64,000 nt of DNA, taken from the IMG/VR virus record IMGVR_UViG_3300045988_180522. One strand, 5' to 3'. Origin of the DNA: a virus. How positions within the stretch are numbered: the first letter of the stretch is position 1; each line of letters opens with the position of its first letter. The position numbers were made by a program, and so were the translations under genes. The notes under the pieces were generated by a model. That model saw only the letters and a program-made list of their open reading frames with translations, searched no databases and was not told where the DNA came from. This document shows positions 8,503 through 17,182 of the stretch, piece by piece.

Positions 8503-10137
8503 ATGGATGTAATCTCAGTATTAAAGGTTATAGATCAGATAAAGAAAACACAATCCTGTACAGCTTCTGTGCTATGCAGGATAGGCTGTATACTTGAATA
8601 TCTTCTTGGTCTCCTCAAGAAAAATGACGAATCTGACCAGAAGGTTATTAAGGATCTCAGTGATCTGAAAGAGATTGTTGATAAGGCAGTCAGTGATCTG
8701 TCAGGCCTTACTGTCAGGGTATCTACTCTGGAATACAGGATGGATATTGAGATTCCGGCCAAATTCCATGAGCAGCTGTTACTGATACAGAATAACAGTA
8801 AGGAGATAGACACCAACAGGATTAACATAGCTGACAATCTGAACAGTATTAACCTGTTATGGGATGCTCTCGCTGCTACTGACACAAGTATAGGAAACTG
8901 GGGTGATATAGTAGCTGGTATAAATAACAGGATAGACAATATAATGTCCCTGACCACTAATCTACAGACCCAGATAAATAATCTTTCCACAAGGATAACA
9001 GAATTGTCTAATTCTGTAGATACCAGAATCTCCAATATTAATACCACTCTCCAGGACCACTCCGGACGAATAGAAAATCTTGAAGATGAGGACAGGAATA
9101 TACATGATGCTTTAGATGATATCAGGGCTGACATAGCAGAGCTTACCGGAGGATCAGGTACTCTGTCACAGGATATATCTGAACTTCAGAACAGAGTATC
9201 TGTCCTTGAATCTTCTCTTGCAAATCTTGATAACTATGTAGTAACCTCTGTTTTGCTTGAGGGAGCCAGATTTACGGTAAATCTCAGGAATCTTAGTACC
9301 GGGACTGTCCAGACAAGTGTACTTGACCTGCCTATAGCTTCTGAACAATATCCTGGATTAATAACAGCCGAGGGATTCACCAAGCTTGAAGGGATAGAAG
9401 AAGGAGCTCAGGTAAATGTACAGTCTGACTGGAATGAGAGTGCTGCTGATTCAGATGCTTTTATAAAGAATAAGCCGAACCTGGCCCCTGTGGCTACCTC
9501 AGGTAGTTACAATGATCTTACAGATAAGCCTTCTGCTCCTGAGATTCCTGATCAGGTTAATGCGGACTGGAATGCTACGTCAGGAGTAGCACAGATCCTT
9601 AATAAGCCTAATCTCGCTACTGTAGCTACTTCAGGACAGTATAATGATCTTGAGGGTAAGCCTGCTATACCTCCTGCTGTAACCCTTCCTGGAGTTAATG
9701 TAGTGGATTCATTTCCTGATAGTGTATCAGGAGTACAGGACGGTACTGTGTATATTGTGCCTGGATCAGGTGGAGGAGGCGGTGTAGTTACTCCATCAAA
9801 GCCATACATGGCTTGTGGATATATTGGCCTTAGTTCAGGGGGGGATGTCTATCAAACCAATATACACCTGAATAATGACTATCTATCTGAGGCTAGTGTG
9901 GTAGCTAATAGTAAGTCTTCTATACGTATAGAATTTACTCTTGCATCTGGAGTATCTAAAGATGATATATACGATTCTTTTGTTTGTACTTTAGTATCTT
10001 CTCCGTCAGATATTCCTGCTATTATAAGTCCTATGTATGTGTGGTCTAGTCCTAAAGCAATATTGAATATTGTAGGGACGTCAGATGATCCCAGCTACTA
10101 TATGTTAGTATCCTTTTTTATACCTCTATTAGTATAG
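8503..10137 (+). CDS. Tail fibre protein with a long coiled coil and two phage tail-fibre repeats (PF03406-like ...NKPNLAxVATSGxYNDLxxKP)
   Basis: 544 aa. Residues about 40 to 260 are heptad-rich. The repeats are ...DWNESAADSDAFIKNKPNLAPVATSGSYNDLTDKP and ...DWNATSGVAQILNKPNLATVATSGQYNDLEGKP, followed by a Gly-rich segment SGGGGGVVTPSKP. Confidence 0.6.
   Translation: MDVISVLKVIDQIKKTQSCTASVLCRIGCILEYLLGLLKKNDESDQKVIKDLSDLKEIVDKAVSDLSGLTVRVSTLEYRMDIEIPAKFHEQLLLIQNNSKEIDTNRINIADNLNSINLLWDALAATDTSIGNWGDIVAGINNRIDNIMSLTTNLQTQINNLSTRITELSNSVDTRISNINTTLQDHSGRIENLEDEDRNIHDALDDIRADIAELTGGSGTLSQDISELQNRVSVLESSLANLDNYVVTSVLLEGARFTVNLRNLSTGTVQTSVLDLPIASEQYPGLITAEGFTKLEGIEEGAQVNVQSDWNESAADSDAFIKNKPNLAPVATSGSYNDLTDKPSAPEIPDQVNADWNATSGVAQILNKPNLATVATSGQYNDLEGKPAIPPAVTLPGVNVVDSFPDSVSGVQDGTVYIVPGSGGGGGVVTPSKPYMACGYIGLSSGGDVYQTNIHLNNDYLSEASVVANSKSSIRIEFTLASGVSKDDIYDSFVCTLVSSPSDIPAIISPMYVWSSPKAILNIVGTSDDPSYYMLVSFFIPLLV
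9427..9663 (+). repeat. Two tandem ~40-aa tail-fibre repeat units (protein-level; DNA copies diverged)
   Basis: Repeated WN...NKPNLA.VATSG.YNDL..KP motif within CDS 8503..10137. Confidence 0.6.
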
Positions 10138-10140
10138 TAT

Positions 10141-10701
10141 ATGCCTACACAGTCAGAGATAAAGATAACAAAATCATCCCTGTATCCATTTCAGGACGGA
10201 AAAATAGTAAAGTCAGGGACTTTATATTCCCTGTCTGATGCTGCTATTGTAAAAAATGGAGTACTATATGGGGTTTCAGGTACTTCCGGTATCTCTCTTA
10301 TGAGGGCAATGGAAAGGGGCCAGGAGAGTGGATGCATTATGGTTACAGTGGTGAAGACAGATAAAGATACAGGAGATGCTATATCCTGTGATGTGAAAAT
10401 AGGAATCGGGAATTCTTCACTGGCTGTTTCAGGATTTAATAATGCCGAAAATATTATCCTTGGATATTATGATTTTTCAGATACATTAAAGCTTAGTATT
10501 GAAAATCAGGGAATCACAGGATTCAGGATAACAGGATGTTATATTGCACAGGATAATACTGTTACAGAGCCTCTGGAAGGTTTTAAGGGAGCCTATGAGC
10601 CTGGAAAGGTAATAGAATGGGATCTTGACTTATCAGGATTCTATGATGCCGGAAAACAGGATAATTCTGTTGTTATAAAGATTTATATTCAAAATGTATA
10701 G
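10141..10701 (+). CDS. Hypothetical tail-module protein
   Basis: 186 aa, ATG 1 nt after the previous stop. Confidence 0.45.
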   Translation: MPTQSEIKITKSSLYPFQDGKIVKSGTLYSLSDAAIVKNGVLYGVSGTSGISLMRAMERGQESGCIMVTVVKTDKDTGDAISCDVKIGIGNSSLAVSGFNNAENIILGYYDFSDTLKLSIENQGITGFRITGCYIAQDNTVTEPLEGFKGAYEPGKVIEWDLDLSGFYDAGKQDNSVVIKIYIQNV

Positions 10702-10703
10702 AT

Positions 10704-11426
10704 ATGTCTACATACAGGGAAATAGTATATATGGTTCTTGATGAACTGAAGCTGGAAAGTGATGATGCCTACTATACACAGGATCATGTTATCTTCCTGA
10801 TAAATAAATACAGAGCTCTTCTTCTCAAGCAGAGGTATTCTGATCTTCGAAGGACAATTCCATTGTCTAATTTTAATACTCTGTGTCTTACACTGGGTAC
10901 ATTCGGTGGTGATGTTTGCGGGAGTGGTACTTATCTCCGCAGCCTTGATACAATACCCCATCTCCTGGACCTGTCCGGCATATACAGCCTTACCAAGGTA
11001 GTACCGGACCTTATGGTAGAGAAGGAGATAGCTTTTGTCAATGAGGGAAGATTCAAGTATGTAGGGAATAACAAATGGACATCAAGATACCTGTATGCGA
11101 CATTATCCAGGGATCATTATCTGTATATAAAATCAGCCAATCCTCAATTCAGGTACCTGTCATCTGTGAAGTTCTCATCTGTATTTGAGAATCCTATAGA
11201 AGCAGCAAGATTCAGCTGTGGTGCCGATGAGTGTGGATGTAACCCTGAACCATGTGATATTATGGATAGGGATCTGAGATTACAGGAAGACCTTGTTCCT
11301 CAGGTAATAAGCCTGTGTGTCAATGAGTTGGCTAAAGGGGTGTATAATCCTGAGGATAAAATGAATAATGCTTCCGATGACTTGTCGGAAGTAAATATGA
11401 AAGTAAGAAATGAGACAGTGGACTAA
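10704..11426 (+). CDS. Hypothetical tail-module protein
   Basis: 240 aa with an ATG start. The C-terminal part is Cys-containing (CGADECGCNPEPC). Confidence 0.45.
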   Translation: MSTYREIVYMVLDELKLESDDAYYTQDHVIFLINKYRALLLKQRYSDLRRTIPLSNFNTLCLTLGTFGGDVCGSGTYLRSLDTIPHLLDLSGIYSLTKVVPDLMVEKEIAFVNEGRFKYVGNNKWTSRYLYATLSRDHYLYIKSANPQFRYLSSVKFSSVFENPIEAARFSCGADECGCNPEPCDIMDRDLRLQEDLVPQVISLCVNELAKGVYNPEDKMNNASDDLSEVNMKVRNETVD

Positions 11427-11961
11427 GCTGAGATCAGATGTTCCTAATTATTGTATAGGAGCTGAGGACATGTATCTTACATACAGGAAGGAAGCTTTTA
11501 AGAGGAAGAACAGGGTATTTTACAGGCTTTCAGAGACTGTATACAGGAGGATATTGTCATTTCTTATAGATAAGATGGTAGAGGAGTTGTGTGAGACAGG
11601 ATATCTGATATTACCTAATGATCTTGGTACCTTGTGTATACATACGGGAGACAGGATTATTCCTCATTATTCGAAGAGGGGAGATCTTATACTGCCTTAT
11701 GTAAGTTGGGTTAAAACCAAGAAGTTATGGAAGGAAGACCCTTCGGCTGCTGATGACGGGATAGTGGTAAGGGATGAGAATGCCATACGTCTGGGAGTGG
11801 CATGGAGGCCGGGGAGATATCCATATTCTGATTATACAGTATTCCATCTGTCACAGGATCTGTTCATAAGAATATATCATCTGGTATATAATGAAGGAAA
11901 AAGATATATAAAACTAGATAAGACATGGCGGAGAAGAACACAAGCATATACACCCTCATAG
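11410..11961 (+). CDS. Hypothetical protein
   Basis: 183 aa; overlaps the neighbours by 17 and 37 nt. Confidence 0.4.
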   Translation: MRQWTKLRSDVPNYCIGAEDMYLTYRKEAFKRKNRVFYRLSETVYRRILSFLIDKMVEELCETGYLILPNDLGTLCIHTGDRIIPHYSKRGDLILPYVSWVKTKKLWKEDPSAADDGIVVRDENAIRLGVAWRPGRYPYSDYTVFHLSQDLFIRIYHLVYNEGKRYIKLDKTWRRRTQAYTPS

Positions 11962-12632
11962 ACAGGCTCAGGAGGCATCCACTGATAGCAGATGTTCCTG
12001 AGGAGACTATATTGAGTTATGTCATTGAATTCATAGGAATCACAGGGGTCCCGGAGAGCTATGAGAATAAAATAGCAGAACTTGAGGTAAAGGATTATGT
12101 AGCTGAATTACCATGTGATTTTGAAAGTATCATACAGGTAATGCCTGAAAAGGGATTGTCTATGGTAGAGTCTTCGGACAGTTATTTCACAGATCCTAAG
12201 AGGCATAAGCTTCATGAGCATCCATCAAAGAGTAGTTTTCTGGGTAACTCGTACAGGATTCAGGGAAACCTGATTTATTTCTCTTTTGAGAAGGGAAAGG
12301 TAACATTATCATATAAGGCTATCCCTGTAGATAGTGATGGTATTCCACTTATCCCTGACAATCAGAATTTCCTTATGGCTATGGAATGGTATGTGAAGGT
12401 GAGGGTATTCTCAATTATGGCAGATCTTGGAAAACTGCCTGTACAGTCACTGAACCGTGCTGAGCAGGAGTATGCATGGTATGTAGGTAAATATCAGACA
12501 TCTATGAAGATGAATTCCCTTGGCAAGGCAGAAAGACTGCTAAACTCCCTTAATACTCTTGTAATGAAGACCCATGAGTTCCAGAATGGTTTCAGGAGGA
12601 CGGCTGATGGGGAAGTTATAAAAATACATTGA
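11925..12632 (+). CDS. Hypothetical protein
   Basis: 235 aa with an ATG start. Confidence 0.4.
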   Translation: MAEKNTSIYTLIDRLRRHPLIADVPEETILSYVIEFIGITGVPESYENKIAELEVKDYVAELPCDFESIIQVMPEKGLSMVESSDSYFTDPKRHKLHEHPSKSSFLGNSYRIQGNLIYFSFEKGKVTLSYKAIPVDSDGIPLIPDNQNFLMAMEWYVKVRVFSIMADLGKLPVQSLNRAEQEYAWYVGKYQTSMKMNSLGKAERLLNSLNTLVMKTHEFQNGFRRTADGEVIKIH

Positions 12633-12634
12633 TT

Positions 12635-15600
12635 ATGAGGAAGTCACAGGAATTTATAATAAAAGGGATGAACAGGGACTTGTCACTGTCTAAGTTCAGT
12701 CCTGAGCTGGCTTATGAGAATATGAATCTCCGTATTACCGTTCTGAACAGTAATACACTTCTTTCTGTTACAAATGAAAAGGGTAATACGAGAGTCAGCA
12801 TATCCGGAGATAGTATTGAAGGAGAGTGTATAGGAAGATGTGTTCTGGGAAAATACCTCGTACTCTTCACTGTATCAGGAAATGTAAGCCGTATTTACAG
12901 ATTGAATGTCAGCGATTCAGAATCTTTTGAAAGCCTGCTTTTGTATAGTGGTGATCTTGGATTTGACAGATCACATCCTATTGAATGTCTTGGTATTGTA
13001 GAAACAGAGAATATACAGAAAGTTTACTGGATAGATGGTATTCACCAGCTCAGATCTGTAAATATAGTAGCAGATGAGGAGCACAGGGCATTATGGTCGG
13101 ACATTTCATTTGATTCTGTACTGCCTTTACAGTTAAAGGAGGAATGCAGTGTTACAAAATCTGTGGGTACAGGAATATTTCCATCCGGTGTGGTACAGTA
13201 TGCAGCTACTTATTTCAATAAGTACGGACAACAGTCCAATATATTTTACACATCCCCGTTGTTTTATATAAGCGGTGATAACAGGGGCCTTTCTCCTGAG
13301 GAGAGTTACGGTACTTCTTTCAGAATAAATATAAAAAATATAGACACGAATTTTGATCATATACGTGTATATAGTATTCTGAGAACAAGTGAAGAAGGTA
13401 CTCCTGTGGTTAAGATTGTAGGAGATATTGATATTACCAACTATTCTGATTTATCTAAAGGAATAGAAGTTGAATCTATACAGTTTACTTCACCTACAGG
13501 ATCCTTTTCATATAAGGAAATGGGAGGAGATCAGACTTCTCTTCCATTAGGACCGTCTTATTTCAATGTACGTGCCGGAGAGTATATAACCTTTTACAGG
13601 TCACTGTATTCTGCTGAAACAGGACAGGTAGATTCTGTAAGAGTAGGCAGTGATGAGCTGTTATTCCTGAAGACTGACAATCATAACAGCATTCTGACTA
13701 TCACAGGACAGGCATCAGGGACAAAATTCATAGTATCTGCTGATTCTGACGGAGTGTCTGTCACAGACACCAACACAGGAGTTTCCATAGACCCTACAGA
13801 GCTGTTATATGTAGGGGGTGAAGATATCATAGCCGGAGCTATTACATATAAGGACAATACTCTGTTCCTTGGTAACCTGAAACTGAATACTTCTGTTATT
13901 CCTGACAGTATAAAATTTGCTTCCCGTGGATTCCAGATGTCTTACAAGGACAAGGAACTTCCTGTTCAGGATGATGGGTCTGCCACAGGATATGCCTATA
14001 AATCATCCCTCTCCTGGTCCCTGGATGATATAACCACATTCATGGGATCCGAATACTATAGGATTGGTGTAAGATTCCAGCATGAATCAGGAAGATTTTC
14101 GGAGATAGTATATATCAGGGACTGGTATATGAATTACAGGCCTGAAATCACCTCATCCGGTGGTATTGTCAGCATCTCATGTAAGATGCCGTATATTACA
14201 ATTCCGGTAAATGTACAGAAGGAACTGCGTGCACTGGGATACGTAAGGGCCCAAGGGGTGGTGGTATTTCCTAACCAGAATACAAGAAGGGTAGTATGTC
14301 AGGGGATTCTTCAGCCCACGGTATTTAATCTGGGAAACAGAATAAGCGGAGGATCTCCGTATGCACAGGCAGGATGGAAGATGAGGTTCCTGAAAAATGA
14401 TCCTCTTCCATATGATATAATTTATCCGTCTGCTGACACTCACGGTAATGTAGGCTACCTCGGAGAGATACAGTCTGATATATGGTACGTAGAGCCTATT
14501 GTGAATAAAGATAAGGCGGATAATCTTAGGAATCTGAATACCAACAAATATTTTATAGACAATACTATTCTTACTCTGGAATCTCCTGACATTACATTTG
14601 ATGACAGGGTACAGGCACTAGATTTGTCGAATACACAGCTCAGGGTAGTAGGTATAGCAACCTTTACAGCTGCTGTTCCTGATTATATTATTACCCTCAG
14701 TAAAGCTGCCTATAGGCCTACAGGAGGATTCAGGAAGGTTCCTCCAAAGGAATCTTCATACCTGAATGGCATAGCCACCCCATTTGTAAACTGGCCTATG
14801 TATGTGGATAAGTTTTCTGTAGGTACCAATTCAAGTGCTTTTGAAGATGATGACGCTCTATTTCCCTTATACATGTGGCACAGAGCCGGGTCATTGAATA
14901 ATAGTAAGGGGCTTGATAATGACTCCCAGGGATTCGGGATACTGAATAAGAAGATATTTACACAATTATTCTACTCCAATAAGGTAACTTATATGGAGGC
15001 TCCTTTAAGAAACCTGAGAACCTCTGATATAAAGCTGTTTAACAGCAATGAGGTAACAGCTGTAAGGCTATCCAGGGAAACAGGGGATATAATCACTTAT
15101 TATGGTAATATAGATACCATGGTTCCTCCTCCTCCATATCATCCGTATGTAATGGGAGAATATGGATTTGAGTGGGATAATGATTCAAATTATAAAGTTC
15201 CCGGATATTTTCTTACCTATGTAGTAAGGACCGGATTGAACTATTCCTCTGACTCAGCAGGCCACGGGCCTATAGTAGATGATGATTTCCATAGCTTCGA
15301 AAGGCGTATTATAGGATCCTCCAAGGTTCCTTCTGATTCCTATCAGAACAGGTCCGATGATTCACTTCAGCATGTAAAGATTACGGATGGCATCAGGATG
15401 ACTTATAAAACATCTCCTCATATAGTAGTTACATTAGGTATTACAGGGTCTTTATCTTCCTCATTGCAGAAAGATATGCAGGTAGTATTGCCGTCATGGA
15501 ATAAGGGAGAAAAGTTTTACAGTACTGGCAATATGGAGTCTTTAAGTCCTGACGAAACTGATGGATGGGTAAACAATATTTCCCTCAAGGAAATAGTACC

Positions 15601-17068
15601 TGATACCTCATCTGTATCAGTGGTAATGGCAGAATTATACAGACCCGGAACTCCTGATTTCGGAGGGTATGATGAGGCTGCTCTTCAGGCTAACAGATGG
15701 CTGACAGCTGGTCCTACAGTATATATGGATGGCGAGGGCAGCGTGAATGTAGAGTATACAAGAGGGGATACATTCGTACAGAGATATGATCACCTGAGAA
15801 CATATCCATTTACCAGTGATGACCTTAACCAGAATATAGAAATAGCCTCATTCCTGTGTATGACCCGTGTAAATATAGACGGCAGGTATGACGGGAACAG
15901 GGGATTACCTGTAAATATGTCGACAACTCCTTCTATATTCAATCTGTATAACCCTGTATATTCACAGAAGGATGATTATTTTCTTCCTTCATATCTCAGC
16001 AGTGACCTGTTAAAGACAGATTACTTTCCAAGTACCATAACATGGTCAAGGACAAAGACATATGGGGAGGATATAGATACGTGGTCCTCCGTAAGTATGA
16101 CTTCTGTACTGGACATGGACGGAGGGTTAGGACCTGTCAGGGCTTTGAAATTCTACAATAATGACATTCTGTCATTTCAGGATAATGGTATAGCTAAGGT
16201 ACTTTTCAATTCCAGGGTACAGGTAGGTACTTCCGACCAGGTTCCTATTGAAATAGCCAATAGTGGGAAAGTAGACGGGAAAGTATATTTATCCAGACAT
16301 ATAGGAACTGTAAATAAGTTTTCTATCACAGAGACTAATATGGGGCTATATTTTATGGATAATAATTCTACTTCCATATACCTGTATAATGGGCAGTTCA
16401 ATGACCTGTCTGATCATTTGGGATTCAAATCATGGTGCGCAAACAATATCATGCCTGATGAGTATGATAAGCCTCTTACTGAGGTGTTTACATCACATTA
16501 TGACAAAGCTAACGGGGATATATACTTTAATAACAAGGACTGGTCATTGTGCTATTCCCAGCTGTTAGGGCAATTCATGTCCTTCTACAGTTACAACGGT
16601 GTTCCTCATATGTTTAATATATCAGGGGATTTCTATTCTGTAGATGCTTCCGGTAATGCAGGCTTATGGAAACAGCATAGTGGTCTTCCATGCCATTTCT
16701 ACGGCTCATATAAGCCCTTTTACACACACATCATTGCCTGCCCTGATATGATATATGATAAGGTATTCGACACTCTTGATTTCAGGGCTGACAGCTTTAC
16801 ACAGGAAGGAAATCTTACAGAAGATACCTTTGATACCCTTGAATGCTGGAATGAATATCAGAGAGGCACTTCTTCACTTACCTTTGAAAAAGGCAGGCCT
16901 TCCACACTGAAGAGGCTGTACCGGGTATGGAGGGCTAATATTCCCAGGGAGGACAATAATCCTCTCGGAAGGTTAAGGAATACATGGCTTAATATCAGGC
17001 TGTCAAAGAATACAGCTAATGAGTATAGTACTGTATTACACGATCTTACCTTACATTATACATTATAA
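12635..17068 (+). CDS. Large tail, muzzle or fibre-like structural protein (about 1477 aa)
   Basis: The track start at 12629 is TTG; the first ATG, at 12635, is 2 nt after the previous stop. The long ORF is rich in S/T/N/G/Y, as in beta-rich tail proteins, and a terminator follows at 17074..17113. Confidence 0.5.
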   Translation: MRKSQEFIIKGMNRDLSLSKFSPELAYENMNLRITVLNSNTLLSVTNEKGNTRVSISGDSIEGECIGRCVLGKYLVLFTVSGNVSRIYRLNVSDSESFESLLLYSGDLGFDRSHPIECLGIVETENIQKVYWIDGIHQLRSVNIVADEEHRALWSDISFDSVLPLQLKEECSVTKSVGTGIFPSGVVQYAATYFNKYGQQSNIFYTSPLFYISGDNRGLSPEESYGTSFRINIKNIDTNFDHIRVYSILRTSEEGTPVVKIVGDIDITNYSDLSKGIEVESIQFTSPTGSFSYKEMGGDQTSLPLGPSYFNVRAGEYITFYRSLYSAETGQVDSVRVGSDELLFLKTDNHNSILTITGQASGTKFIVSADSDGVSVTDTNTGVSIDPTELLYVGGEDIIAGAITYKDNTLFLGNLKLNTSVIPDSIKFASRGFQMSYKDKELPVQDDGSATGYAYKSSLSWSLDDITTFMGSEYYRIGVRFQHESGRFSEIVYIRDWYMNYRPEITSSGGIVSISCKMPYITIPVNVQKELRALGYVRAQGVVVFPNQNTRRVVCQGILQPTVFNLGNRISGGSPYAQAGWKMRFLKNDPLPYDIIYPSADTHGNVGYLGEIQSDIWYVEPIVNKDKADNLRNLNTNKYFIDNTILTLESPDITFDDRVQALDLSNTQLRVVGIATFTAAVPDYIITLSKAAYRPTGGFRKVPPKESSYLNGIATPFVNWPMYVDKFSVGTNSSAFEDDDALFPLYMWHRAGSLNNSKGLDNDSQGFGILNKKIFTQLFYSNKVTYMEAPLRNLRTSDIKLFNSNEVTAVRLSRETGDIITYYGNIDTMVPPPPYHPYVMGEYGFEWDNDSNYKVPGYFLTYVVRTGLNYSSDSAGHGPIVDDDFHSFERRIIGSSKVPSDSYQNRSDDSLQHVKITDGIRMTYKTSPHIVVTLGITGSLSSSLQKDMQVVLPSWNKGEKFYSTGNMESLSPDETDGWVNNISLKEIVPDTSSVSVVMAELYRPGTPDFGGYDEAALQANRWLTAGPTVYMDGEGSVNVEYTRGDTFVQRYDHLRTYPFTSDDLNQNIEIASFLCMTRVNIDGRYDGNRGLPVNMSTTPSIFNLYNPVYSQKDDYFLPSYLSSDLLKTDYFPSTITWSRTKTYGEDIDTWSSVSMTSVLDMDGGLGPVRALKFYNNDILSFQDNGIAKVLFNSRVQVGTSDQVPIEIANSGKVDGKVYLSRHIGTVNKFSITETNMGLYFMDNNSTSIYLYNGQFNDLSDHLGFKSWCANNIMPDEYDKPLTEVFTSHYDKANGDIYFNNKDWSLCYSQLLGQFMSFYSYNGVPHMFNISGDFYSVDASGNAGLWKQHSGLPCHFYGSYKPFYTHIIACPDMIYDKVFDTLDFRADSFTQEGNLTEDTFDTLECWNEYQRGTSSLTFEKGRPSTLKRLYRVWRANIPREDNNPLGRLRNTWLNIRLSKNTANEYSTVLHDLTLHYTL

Positions 17069-17073
17069 GTAAC

Positions 17074-17113
17074 CAGCAGACAAGTAATTTATTTGTCTGC
17101 TGTAACTTTTTTA
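17074..17113 (+). terminator. Rho-independent terminator
   Basis: Stem CAGCAGACAA (17074..17083), 9-nt loop, stem TTGTCTGCTG (17093..17102), then TAACTTTTTTA. Confidence 0.55.
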
Positions 17114-17119
17114 CTATCC

Positions 17120-17127
17120 TATATTTG
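17120..17127 (+). promoter_or_regulatory. Candidate -7 box TATATTTG (TAnnTTTG)
   Basis: Same octamer as at 305..312, located 55 nt upstream of the ATG at 17183 and just after a terminator. Confidence 0.25.
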
Positions 17128-17182
17128 GTTTTTCAGGTATTTATATGACATTTGTAATAAGATACATATAAATAATTTCTTT

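Noticed and set aside
17093-17182. Track start of the 846-aa ORF at 17093
   Set aside because: The codon at 17093 is TTG and sits inside the terminator hairpin of the upstream gene. The first in-frame ATG, at 17183, follows a promoter-like box, so the CDS was trimmed to 17183.
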